Notes under the pieces: generated by a model
Told to the model about the DNA's origin: nothing
The model's database searches: none
Seen by the model: only the letters and a program-made list of their open reading frames with translations
Position numbers and translations under genes: made by a program
Part shown: piece by piece, positions 25,021-32,000 of the stretch
How the letters are laid out: each line of letters begins with the position of its first letter
Numbering within the stretch: position 1 is the stretch's first letter
NCBI RefSeq assembly: GCF_000020385.1
Contig: NC_010815.1
Span: 30,001 to 62,000, forward strand
DNA from: Trichlorobacter lovleyi SZ
GTDB lineage: Bacteria > Desulfobacterota > Desulfuromonadia > Geobacterales > Pseudopelobacteraceae
Reading direction: 5' to 3'
Length of the DNA: 32,000 nucleotides

Positions 25021-25572
25021 TTTGGCCCTGACGGCATTGATGTATTTATAGAGGGTTGGTTTGGAGATGCCCATCATCTGGCAGATTTGTTTTACGGTAT
25101 GGTTCTCTTCATCGTAGAGCTTAACTGCCAGGGCCTGTTTGTCGGCAGACAGTGATTTGGGGCGGCCTCCTTTTTTGCCTCTTGCTCGTGCCGCCGCAAG
25201 TCCGGCCTGCGTGCGTTCTCTGATTAGGTTGCGCTCGAACTCGGCCAAAGCGGCAAAGATGTGGAAGATCAACTTCCCGGAACTAGAACGAGTATCGATT
25301 GATTCATGCAGACTCTTCAGGCCGATATCGCGGGACTCCAGAAGGGAAACCATTTCGATAAGATCTTTCAGGGAACGGCTCAGACGATCCAACCGCCAGA
25401 CAACCAGAGTATCGCCTTCTCTGGCGTGACTGAGCGCCGCTGCTAAACCGGGACGCTCAGCTTTTGCTCCGCTGAGCTTGTCTTCATGGATCTGTTGACA
25501 GCCCGCTTGCTCCAGAGCATCTTTTTGTAGAGCTAGCTTTTGATCGTCGGTAGATACCCGAGCATATTCCCC
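25012..25572 (-). pseudogene. tnpR: Serine recombinase/resolvase (TnpR-like) lacking its initiation codon and first few residues
   Basis: The frame is open and reads ..GEYARVSTDDQKLALQKDALEQAGC...GDTLVVWRLDRLSRSLKDL...GRPKSL...GISKPTLYKYI. The catalytic-Ser motif YARVSTDDQ and the C-terminal HTH are both present. There is no ATG/GTG/TTG in frame before the TTG at 25392, which is why the ORF track starts there. Upstream sequence in that frame is unrelated. Confidence 0.75.
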
Positions 25573-26036
25573 AGGATCTGCACATCCCCTACATAATCCA
25601 TCTCTTCTTCCATCATATAATATTTGATGGCATCGACACCGTTCTGGCTTGCCGGGAACATGGGGATGCTTTTGGGAATACAGTAGGTCACAATTGCACC
25701 ACCCGGCTTTCCCTTCATGTGGGCAATACCATGACGGTTAGGGTAGAGCCGCTCGATGAACGCCTTAGTCCGGGAATCAAGTGTCGAATAAGGAGTGTAA
25801 CCAGCGATGATCAGTGCATCGGACTCTTTCACCTTCTCCGTCAACTCGAAACCATCATCCTTTATCACACATTGGCCGGTCTTTCTGCATCCCAGGCAAG
25901 CTCTACATGGCTCTATTGTATAATCTGTCAGCTTGATGAATTCCGTTTCCAGACCAGTCGACTCCAGAGCGAGTTTTAGTGCTCTATCAGTATTACTATT
26001 TCGGATTGGAGAACCGGATACGCCTAATACCTTCAT
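25533..26036 (-). CDS. Iron-sulfur flavoprotein (Isf)-like / NADPH-dependent FMN reductase family protein 1, probably C-terminally truncated
   Basis: Start MKVLGVSGSP (GGAGGA SD). The compact Cys motif C-x2-C-x2-C-x5-C (PCRACLGCRKTGQC) is characteristic of Isf-type proteins. The last approx. 12 codons are read from the tnpR 5' region in another frame. It is about 40 aa shorter than the paralog at 29272. Confidence 0.65.
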   Translation of the reverse strand: MKVLGVSGSPIRNSNTDRALKLALESTGLETEFIKLTDYTIEPCRACLGCRKTGQCVIKDDGFELTEKVKESDALIIAGYTPYSTLDSRTKAFIERLYPNRHGIAHMKGKPGGAIVTYCIPKSIPMFPASQNGVDAIKYYMMEEEMDYVGDVQILGNMLGYLPTIKS

Positions 26037-26098
26037 ACTTTCCTCCACTACTGGGTGTAGCACCGGGCCATAGCCGTATGCCCGGTGCCTGATTTACC

Positions 26099-26554
26099 CT
26101 ATTTCTTTTCCCAGGCGAATTTCTCAAACGCTCTATCAATCGGGGTTTCAGCAATATGATTGACGTAGTTGCTGATCACTTTCTGCGAAAGCCCCAGAAT
26201 GATTTCCAACAATTGCCTTTGCCCGTAACCGGCGGCATAAAATGCTTCAACTTCATCTTTTGACAGTTCACCGCGTTTGCGCACTACAGCCAAAGTCGTG
26301 TTCTGCAGCACTTGCAACTTGTCCGTCGGCATCGGCTCTTGGTTGCGAAGTGCCTCAGTCAGTGCCGGGTCCACCTTCATCATTTTGGCAACCCCAGTAT
26401 GGGCAGGAACGCAATAGGTGCAGTTATGTTCGACGTTGATGGTCTGCCAGACAACCGTCAATTCCTCGGCGTTATCCGGCACCATTTTGCGCAGGGTCTC
26501 TTCGCCCCCTTTACGCTTTGCCGCACGCTGATAGATCTGTTGGAATGTTTGCAT
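26099..26554 (-). CDS. AhpD-like / carboxymuconolactone decarboxylase family protein
   Basis: I chose the start MQTFQQIYQ (ATG 26554). The CxxC-xxx-H core is NCTYCVPAHT. The helical C-terminal region is typical of the AhpD fold. Confidence 0.65.
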   Translation of the reverse strand: MQTFQQIYQRAAKRKGGEETLRKMVPDNAEELTVVWQTINVEHNCTYCVPAHTGVAKMMKVDPALTEALRNQEPMPTDKLQVLQNTTLAVVRKRGELSKDEVEAFYAAGYGQRQLLEIILGLSQKVISNYVNHIAETPIDRAFEKFAWEKK

Positions 26555-26586
26555 CACTGCTCCTGGTTTTTTTAAAAAATAAAACC

Positions 26587-26862
26587 CTAACCTGCTGCAA
26601 AGTGTTTTGTCAGACCCATTATTGCATAGGCAGAGTTTTTCCCTGACCCTTCGATCAAACGGCTGAACCAGGCACAAATCCTATCTTCTAGCTTAATCGC
26701 AAAGCCCAAGAAGCCTTCAGTTCTTGCTGTATCCAGAATTGTTACCCAAGGAGCCTCTGAGTAAACTTTACTTGCTGTTTCAGAGTTCTCTGGAACACCT
26801 GTCTGGCCAAGTAGAACCGCCGCCTCAAAGGCAAATAATGAATAGAGTTCCTTGTCTGTCAT
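26587..26862 (-). CDS. Hypothetical protein
   Basis: 91 aa from MTDKELYSLFAFEA. It lies in an operon between the DoxX-like and AhpD-like genes. I recognise no family. Confidence 0.35.
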   Translation of the reverse strand: MTDKELYSLFAFEAAVLLGQTGVPENSETASKVYSEAPWVTILDTARTEGFLGFAIKLEDRICAWFSRLIEGSGKNSAYAIMGLTKHFAAG

Positions 26863-26919
26863 TTTAGTTTCTCCAATCATTTTTTATATTCCACTAAGAG
26901 ACGATTTCGCACCTTTAGG

Positions 26920-27372
26920 TTAAATTTTCCCCAGGACTTCTTTTCCCCTGAGAATGGTCCGTCCTGCATTCCTGTACAGATAGACATTCAGGAAAACCAT
27001 CAGCAGAGTAAATACGGTCAGCAAAGGGGCCTTCTTCTCAAATGGCAAAACTTCAGCTGGAACCGCTGGGTGCAAATGAACATAGAGGGCGACAAGCATG
27101 ATCACAGTTACGGCAAGGTTCCCGCCGTAAAAAATTTTCTTTGCCCAAGAAGGAGTGATTTTCTCCCACAAAAAGAGAAAAGCAAGAAGCGTTAAACCAA
27201 CGGTAATTTCCCCCAGTTGCCCACTCCAAAAAGTGAGAGTCGAGAAAGGCAGTCCGCTTCTGTCGATTTGGGTCGTAAAAAATGTTTTAAATGGTTCGAA
27301 AAATTTAACCGTACCAGGCACAAGCATGATTGCTCCGAGATACCCGGTGATGATCCTTGTTGATTTTGTCAT
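26920..27372 (-). CDS. DoxX-like integral membrane protein
   Basis: 150 aa from MTKSTRIITGYLGAIMLVPGTVKFF. It has four hydrophobic helices. Size and N-terminal pattern resemble the DoxX family. Confidence 0.55.
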   Translation of the reverse strand: MTKSTRIITGYLGAIMLVPGTVKFFEPFKTFFTTQIDRSGLPFSTLTFWSGQLGEITVGLTLLAFLFLWEKITPSWAKKIFYGGNLAVTVIMLVALYVHLHPAVPAEVLPFEKKAPLLTVFTLLMVFLNVYLYRNAGRTILRGKEVLGKI

Positions 27373-27441
27373 GATCTTTTCCCTATTCACGCATGTTGAG
27401 TTTATAAAACTGCAGATGTGCACCCCTGCAATCACGCCCAC

Positions 27442-27509
27442 CTTGAACGCTCATTCAAGCTAGCGCCGACACGAGCCCCTGTCAACACTTTTTTGAGTGA
27501 TCATTCAAG
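27442..27509. promoter_or_regulatory. Two related 17-18-bp sites in the doxX/tetR divergent region (candidate TetR operators)
   Basis: CTTGAACGCTCATTCAAG (27442-27459; the arms CTTGAA/TTCAAG are inverted) and TTGAGTGATCATTCAAG (27493-27509). Confidence 0.5.
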
Positions 27510-27570
27510 AAAATAGTGTATAGTGTAAAAAAGTTATTGAGATTAGATGATTGAAAGCAGAGGACAACAG

Positions 27571-28143
27571 ATGGCAAGAGCACAATTTGACAGAGAAGAG
27601 ATAATCGATAAATCGATTGGGCTGTTTTGGGAGAACGGATATAGCGCCTCCTCAATGCAGAAGGTGGTGAAAACTACCGGACTTAAGCCTGGCTCGATCT
27701 ATTTAGCTTTTGGCAATAAAGAAGGTTTGTTCAGGGAAGCACTGGAGAGCTACGCACGTAAAACGATCGAGGCAATCCATCATTTGATGGCAACTGCACC
27801 CAGCATCAGCGCGGGGATTTGTATGTTCCTCGAACAAAAAGTAGTGGAGTCGACACAAAAAACCTACTGCAGCTGTTTCCTGGTCAAGACCCGTCTTGAA
27901 CTGGCAGCCGAGGGAGGCGAACTGCATGAGTTGGCCTCCTCCAAACTGGATAAGATTGAAGAGGTTTTAGAAGGTTATATTGACAAAGAATATGGCAGTG
28001 AAGTGAGTAAGCAGAGGGCCATCAGCCTGATGATGCATATCTTCGGGGTGAGGGTGTATGGCTACCAACAGGGTTCTGCCGACCGAATGCGGCTTGGCTT
28101 GAAAGAAGGTTTGCCCTGGTTGCCATGGGAAACGCTCAATTGA
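27571..28143 (+). CDS. TetR/AcrR-family transcriptional regulator
   Basis: Start MARAQFDREEIIDKSIGLFWENGYSASSMQKVVKTTGLKPGSIYLAFGNKEGLF, the canonical TetR N-terminal HTH. Confidence 0.85.
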   Translation: MARAQFDREEIIDKSIGLFWENGYSASSMQKVVKTTGLKPGSIYLAFGNKEGLFREALESYARKTIEAIHHLMATAPSISAGICMFLEQKVVESTQKTYCSCFLVKTRLELAAEGGELHELASSKLDKIEEVLEGYIDKEYGSEVSKQRAISLMMHIFGVRVYGYQQGSADRMRLGLKEGLPWLPWETLN

Positions 28144-28173
28144 TCTCTTTGTAAATTATCAGCCTTTATCAGC

Positions 28174-28208
28174 AAGGGGCCGTATCATTTACGGCCCCTT
28201 CTTTGTTG
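28174..28208 (+). terminator. Intrinsic terminator after tetR
   Basis: AAGGGGCCGT-atcattt-ACGGCCCCTT followed by CTTTGTT. Confidence 0.6.
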
Positions 28209-28212
28209 CAAA

Positions 28213-28548
28213 CTAAATCAAAAAATAAGCAATCCCCAAACCGGCTGAGGCAGTTACCAGCAAAAGAGTCCAAATCAGCGTGGAACCTTTGCCTCGGACA
28301 ATCATCTCAGCCATCACCACCAGCCCTACTCCACCAACGGCCTTTATCAGTACAAACGAGCTAAAAGGCAGTGTGGCAAACAGATAACATCCCGAGATGA
28401 GAATCAGAGCGTACCCAACATAAAGAACTTTGTGAGCAAACTTTTTGACACTTTGCTGGTTGGCAAAAGCTGCCGAAAGAAAACTGACGATAACCAGTAG
28501 TGCAGAGAAGAAATGGGGCGGTTGGTTGATCAGTGCAAATGAGTTCAT
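28213..28548 (-). CDS. Small hypothetical membrane protein (about 4 TM)
   Basis: 111 aa, almost entirely hydrophobic helices. I recognise no family. Confidence 0.5.
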   Translation of the reverse strand: MNSFALINQPPHFFSALLVIVSFLSAAFANQQSVKKFAHKVLYVGYALILISGCYLFATLPFSSFVLIKAVGGVGLVVMAEMIVRGKGSTLIWTLLLVTASAGLGIAYFLI

Positions 28549-28836
28549 AGCCTTTTCCTTTACTTTGTTGTGGTTAGCAAATACGAAGTCTCATGGTTTG
28601 AACTCAAAATAAGTCACAAGCCAAGGCTAGTCTGTAGCCGCTGTTACAACGAGGGAAAAAGGGGATGATTTTCAAACGGAGGTAATTTTTCTTCCACCTG
28701 TAGCAGGCACTACAGAAGGATGAGAAAAGAAGCAGTAGGCTGCGTTCATCACCTGAGCCCTGTACGTTTCGTCCGGACGTCACCGGATGATACATACAAC
28801 CTTTTCGCAGGCGCTCAAAACTGAAAGGAAAAGACC

Positions 28837-29073
28837 ATGAACGTAAAAGCTGAAATCAAGACTCAGATCGCTGGTGCCCTGGCTGGTGCCGAGTTCCCTA
28901 TCGCTTCGCCGGAAGCCTTGCTGAACGCTTTCCCGAATGGCGCTGATACCACCTGTGAGTGTGGTGATGTCAAACTACGCGCCGGTGACGCGGGCAGCGT
29001 ACTGACCGCATCTGACTTCCCGTTTGAAAGCGCAGAATCTGTTGCAGACACTATTGTCTCTCGCGCCTTTTAA
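28837..29073 (+). CDS. MTH865-like small protein (family mainly known from methanogens/anaerobes)
   Basis: 78 aa. FPIASPEALLNAFPNGADTTCECGDVKLRAGDAG..LTASDFPFESAESVADTIV fits my memory of the MTH865 family pattern. An intrinsic terminator follows. Confidence 0.45.
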   Translation: MNVKAEIKTQIAGALAGAEFPIASPEALLNAFPNGADTTCECGDVKLRAGDAGSVLTASDFPFESAESVADTIVSRAF

Positions 29074-29086
29074 GCATTTAAGCAAA

Positions 29087-29126
29087 ACGGGGGACGGGGC
29101 ATCAGCGCCCGCGTCCCCCTGTTTTA
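29087..29126 (+). terminator. Intrinsic terminator
   Basis: ACGGGGGACGGGGC-atca-GCGCCCGCGTCCCCCTGT followed by TTTT. Confidence 0.7.
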
Positions 29127-29271
29127 GTATTTTGCAGGAGGTTAAAACACTAACCAAGAGCCGTCCACGTCACTCCCGGTTAGTGTTTCAACGTCCTGTT
29201 AGTGGTATATTTCAAGCATCGATCCTCATACATACGACGTACCAGCTTATTTCGGGTACTGTGGGCAAAGC

Positions 29272-29898
29272 TTAGTCCTTTAGTCGCAACCCCAGATTTC
29301 TTCCAAGGAAACGCGCTTCCTCGATTTTCCCGACCTGCCTGGAAAGATCAGGGATCATGTCTTCGGTGACCTTGGCATTCGGTCCGAACAGCTTCTTAAT
29401 TGCGCCAACCTTACAGGTTTCACCGTCTCCGCACTTGAAACAACTGGCGGGGCCTTGTGCTGTCACCGTTCCGAGGTGCTGAATCTGGTTGTATTCAAAG
29501 AATTTCTCTATGTTTCTGGCGGGTGCTTCAGGGTTGCGTCCGCCGACCGAAACAACCACCCCTAGTTTTCCTGCGATCTCGTCTCCATCTCGGTGGCGAA
29601 ACTGGTAGAATCTCTCCAGAAAACAGTGGCCCAGACCGCCGATCATGTCGAAGTAGTTGGGCGCACCAACAACCAAGGCGTCAGCGGCAACTATCTTTTG
29701 CCGTAGTTCTGCCATATCGTCTTTAATTACGCAGACGTTATCTTTCACGCATCCCAAACACCCAATGCATGGGCCAATCCGTTTTCCACTCAGGGGAATG
29801 AACTCAGTTTCGCATTCCGTTGCGCCTAATACTTCCTGGACCAGCCTGTCGGTTGTTTGCCCACGGCGAGGACTTCCCGAGATACCCAGTACTTTCAT
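29272..29898 (-). CDS. Iron-sulfur flavoprotein (Isf)-like / FMN reductase family protein 2 (full length)
   Basis: Start MKVLGISGSP (AAGGAG SD). C-x2-C-x2-C-x5-C motif PCIGCLGCVKDNVC. It is a paralog of 25533..26036 with an extra approx. 40-aa C-terminal region. Confidence 0.7.
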   Translation of the reverse strand: MKVLGISGSPRRGQTTDRLVQEVLGATECETEFIPLSGKRIGPCIGCLGCVKDNVCVIKDDMAELRQKIVAADALVVGAPNYFDMIGGLGHCFLERFYQFRHRDGDEIAGKLGVVVSVGGRNPEAPARNIEKFFEYNQIQHLGTVTAQGPASCFKCGDGETCKVGAIKKLFGPNAKVTEDMIPDLSRQVGKIEEARFLGRNLGLRLKD

Positions 29899-30054
29899 AT
29901 TTTTGGCTCCTTCCACCTTTTCTGCACCTTATTCATAGAACAAACCTTTTTTGCGGGTCTTGATGACCGAGAGCGCTGAAGAGAACGAGTGTTTCACCAG
30001 AGCAAAAGAGCAGAAAGGCTAAATCAATGTAGTGATGCAGCTCTAAAATTAAAA

Positions 30055-30453
30055 CTAATCGGCTAAGGGATCTTCTCCTTCTTCCCAACCCGCCAGATAT
30101 TTTTCCAGCAAATGGAAATCTTCCCCCTTGTGTTCGGTCAGGGTCACATACATCTGATCTTTCGTTACTCCCCAATGCTTATTCATAAGCTCCATGAACC
30201 CAAGAGTCAGCTCTCGGCGCTGCACCATGGTCCTCCCCTGACGGATATCGGCATTGACCACCGCCACCCCTTTTGCCGGATCTTTGACCCGTCCGATAAA
30301 CAAGTTATGGGTGCTGTATTCACGGATCGAGATACAGATGTGATCGGTTCCTGTGTCCATCACTTCTGCAAAAAGTTGTTGGACCTCTCCATGGAAAGAT
30401 ATTTTTTCTTCATCTTTCAAGTTGCGATTGATCTCAAACTGTAAGTGCGGCAT
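30055..30453 (-). CDS. Tautomerase-superfamily protein (Pro-1, tandem beta-alpha-beta units)
   Basis: I chose the start MPHLQFEINRNL (ATG 30453). Met-Pro at the N-terminus gives the catalytic Pro-1 after Met removal. A length of about 132 aa is consistent with fused 4-OT-like repeats. Confidence 0.5.
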   Translation of the reverse strand: MPHLQFEINRNLKDEEKISFHGEVQQLFAEVMDTGTDHICISIREYSTHNLFIGRVKDPAKGVAVVNADIRQGRTMVQRRELTLGFMELMNKHWGVTKDQMYVTLTEHKGEDFHLLEKYLAGWEEGEDPLAD

Positions 30454-30515
30454 GGCTTCTCCTTTTTCTGTTCTAATCAACGCTTGAACCTGGCGCAACT
30501 GGTGCGAATTTCGGG

Positions 30516-31493
30516 TTAGATGTTAGGTCCCGGATGATTCCTGACTTGTTTGTGGAAAAGATCGGGTTTTGATTTTTGCCAGCTCTTCAGGGCCTCTACC
30601 GGGGTTTTGTGGCCGAGCGCTCGTTGCGGAATGTGCTGGTTATAGAGGTGAGCATACCTGAGCATGGTCGCCTCCAAGTCTGCGGCTGAATCAAACCGCG
30701 TGGTCGCCAATACGTCGCTGATCCGACCGTTGAAACGCTCCACCATCCCGTTGGTCTGAGGGTGTCGTGGGGGAATGAGGCGGTGCTCAATGTTGTGTTT
30801 CAAGCAGGCCTTGTCAAAGAGGTGGTTCCCCGTGGGCTTGCGTTCACCTGCTGTGCTGAATCGGTCGGTAAAGGCTTTGTCGTTATCGGTCAGCATCTTG
30901 TGGATCTTAAAGGGAGCTTTGGCGACCAAGCGCTCCAGAAAGCCTTTTGCCGCCTGGGCCGATTTGCTTTTGCGCAACTCCAGATACACCCAGCGGCTGG
31001 CCCGGTCGATGGCGACGAACAGGTACCGACGCGAGGTCTCGTCCGGCATTTGCGGCAGATATTTGATATCGACATGAACAAAGCCGGGTTCATAGCTCTT
31101 GAAGGTCTTGGGCTTGGCTTGAGTCTCATCCTCCTTGGGGATAAGATCCGCCAGCCGAGACACACCATGACGACGCAAGAGGCGGTCCAGGGCCGAACGC
31201 GAGGCCTCGGGATGGATGAATTCGCGGGTGACGACCAGAAGGTCATCCAAGGGCAGCAGCAGGGAACGGCGCAGCTCGATCACCACCGCTTCCTGGGCCT
31301 CGTTTAGGGTCGTGGGGAGCCGGTGCGGCGTATGAGAGTGATCATGTACCTCACTGCGTTTGCGCCACCGCCGTACGGTATCAAGGGAAATGCCCAGCTC
31401 CTTGGCCAGCCCTTTGTCCGTCTTGCTCGATTGTTGAATGTAGCGCCGAATCCTGGGTGTTGTCGTCGCGTTGGCGTGCAACCGAATTGTCAT
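30516..31493 (-). CDS. IS481-family DDE transposase
   Basis: I chose the start MTIRLHANATTTPRIRRYI (ATG 31493, GAGGAG SD). It has an N-terminal HTH and DDE motifs HVDIKYL, LTDNDKAFT and HPQTNGMVERFN. The stop codon lies in the flanking target duplication, 3 nt outside the IR. Confidence 0.85.
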   Translation of the reverse strand: MTIRLHANATTTPRIRRYIQQSSKTDKGLAKELGISLDTVRRWRKRSEVHDHSHTPHRLPTTLNEAQEAVVIELRRSLLLPLDDLLVVTREFIHPEASRSALDRLLRRHGVSRLADLIPKEDETQAKPKTFKSYEPGFVHVDIKYLPQMPDETSRRYLFVAIDRASRWVYLELRKSKSAQAAKGFLERLVAKAPFKIHKMLTDNDKAFTDRFSTAGERKPTGNHLFDKACLKHNIEHRLIPPRHPQTNGMVERFNGRISDVLATTRFDSAADLEATMLRYAHLYNQHIPQRALGHKTPVEALKSWQKSKPDLFHKQVRNHPGPNI

Positions 31494-31596
31494 ATCAGGC
31501 TCCTCAGATTTCACCGCAGATGATGTCAAAGAGCATATCGCGAGCCAGGAACAATGAAAAGCTTTTCCTGGCGATGGAATCATCCGGGACCTGACA
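30521..31596 (-). mobile_element. IS481-family insertion sequence, intact, with a 6-bp target-site duplication
   Basis: The terminal inverted repeats are TGTTAGGTCCCGGATGATTCC (30521-30541) and GGAATCATCCGGGACCTGACA (31576-31596), with 20/21 complementary positions and the TGT termini typical of IS481. GTTAGA flanks both ends (30515-30520 and 31597-31602). Confidence 0.8.
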
Positions 31597-31608
31597 GTTA
31601 GATTTGAT

Positions 31609-32000
31609 TCAACACGCTTGCTTGCGTGAAAATTTCCATGCGACGTTAAAACCGTAGATAACAAAGCAGAGCGACAGCAGTTGCTGTGCAGATAATAACG
31701 GTTTGTTTTGGAGCAGCATCAAAGTAGCCATACAGCCGTTCATCAGCATAAAAAAGAGCCAGCCATAAAGGTTTTTCTTGGCCAGCAGGTAGCTGCCAAC
31801 CAGAAATCCGAGCATGATGCATAATTCCAAAACTTGCGATCCTGCGGTCAGGCCACCGTAATCATACAAGCTATAGCTAATACCAATAGCCAGACAAATA
31901 CATGTACAAAGAGAGGCAATTCTGTCGAAGGTTTTATTCGTGCTGTCAGTATGACTAAAAGCGTTGTAAAGGCCGAACAACATGGACGGAACGACACCCG
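31609..32000 (-). CDS. Integral membrane protein, possibly the C-terminal part of a PnuC-like transporter; the frame stays open to the window edge
   Basis: LLAKKNLYGWLFFMLMNGCMATL...LCFVIYGFNVAWKF resembles the PnuC C-terminal pattern (basic pair, then W..W..N, then GF..W.K). The frame remains open upstream of the Met at 31983. Confidence 0.3.
   Translation of the reverse strand, partial: GVVPSMLFGLYNAFSHTDSTNKTFDRIASLCTCICLAIGISYSLYDYGGLTAGSQVLELCIMLGFLVGSYLLAKKNLYGWLFFMLMNGCMATLMLLQNKPLLSAQQLLSLCFVIYGFNVAWKFSRKQAC

Noticed and set aside
25012-25392. 126-aa ORF-track product as a functional short resolvase
   Set aside because: The frame is open a further approx. 180 nt upstream and encodes the catalytic YARVSTDDQ segment without any start codon. 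A product starting at the TTG would lack the nucleophilic serine, so I call it a pseudogene.
28604-29275. Small ORFs 28604..28795, 28863..29051, 28975..29157 and 29024..29275
   Set aside because: They have no SD or motifs. They overlap the MTH865-like gene or its terminator, or lie in the leader region.
29933-30175. 80-aa minus-strand ORF
   Set aside because: It overlaps the 3' part of the tautomerase-like gene in another frame and has no start context.
1-32000. CRISPR arrays, rRNA genes, retron/DGR-type elements
   Set aside because: I noticed no regularly spaced 25-40-bp direct repeats, no rRNA-like conserved blocks and no reverse-transcriptase motifs (YxDD) in any frame.

Overview
The window has two very different parts.

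(1) 1-7434 is a GC-rich cobamide (vitamin B12) locus.
- Minus strand: an operon cobT / ThiC-family bzaF-like / O-methyltransferase bzaC-like, sitting behind a cobalamin riboswitch.
- Minus strand, further left: two more complete cobalamin riboswitches in tandem, leading into a truncated TonB-dependent (BtuB-like) receptor gene at the left edge.
- Plus strand: a single 863-aa ORF that fuses threonine-phosphate decarboxylase (CobD/CobC type) to cobyric acid synthase (CobQ/CbiP).

(2) From 7435 the composition drops abruptly (judged by eye). The rest of the window is mosaic accessory DNA, in this order:
- a plasmid-type replicon module: iterons, RHH-RepA, ParA plus an RHH ParG-like protein, and a repeated 15-mer;
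- two HU/IHF paralogs, one of them translationally coupled to an MmeI-family type IIL restriction-modification enzyme;
- two tandem but divergent hipBA modules followed by a small WGR-domain gene;
- a tightly coupled three-gene operon of unknown function (small protein, HTH-like protein, 2-TM coiled-coil protein);
- two convergent tyrosine recombinases;
- a Tn3-family transposase whose IR-like end abuts a 5'-truncated resolvase;
- a TetR-controlled redox/electrophile-stress cargo (two iron-sulfur-flavoprotein-like genes, AhpD/CMD-like, DoxX-like, MTH865-like, tautomerase-like);
- an intact IS481-family element with a 6-bp target duplication.

I saw no rRNA, tRNA or CRISPR array. The best candidates for something undescribed are the three-gene operon at 17717-19152, the IHF-MmeI coupling, and the hipBA-WGR arrangement. 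All protein family calls come from motif recognition by eye, not from searches.
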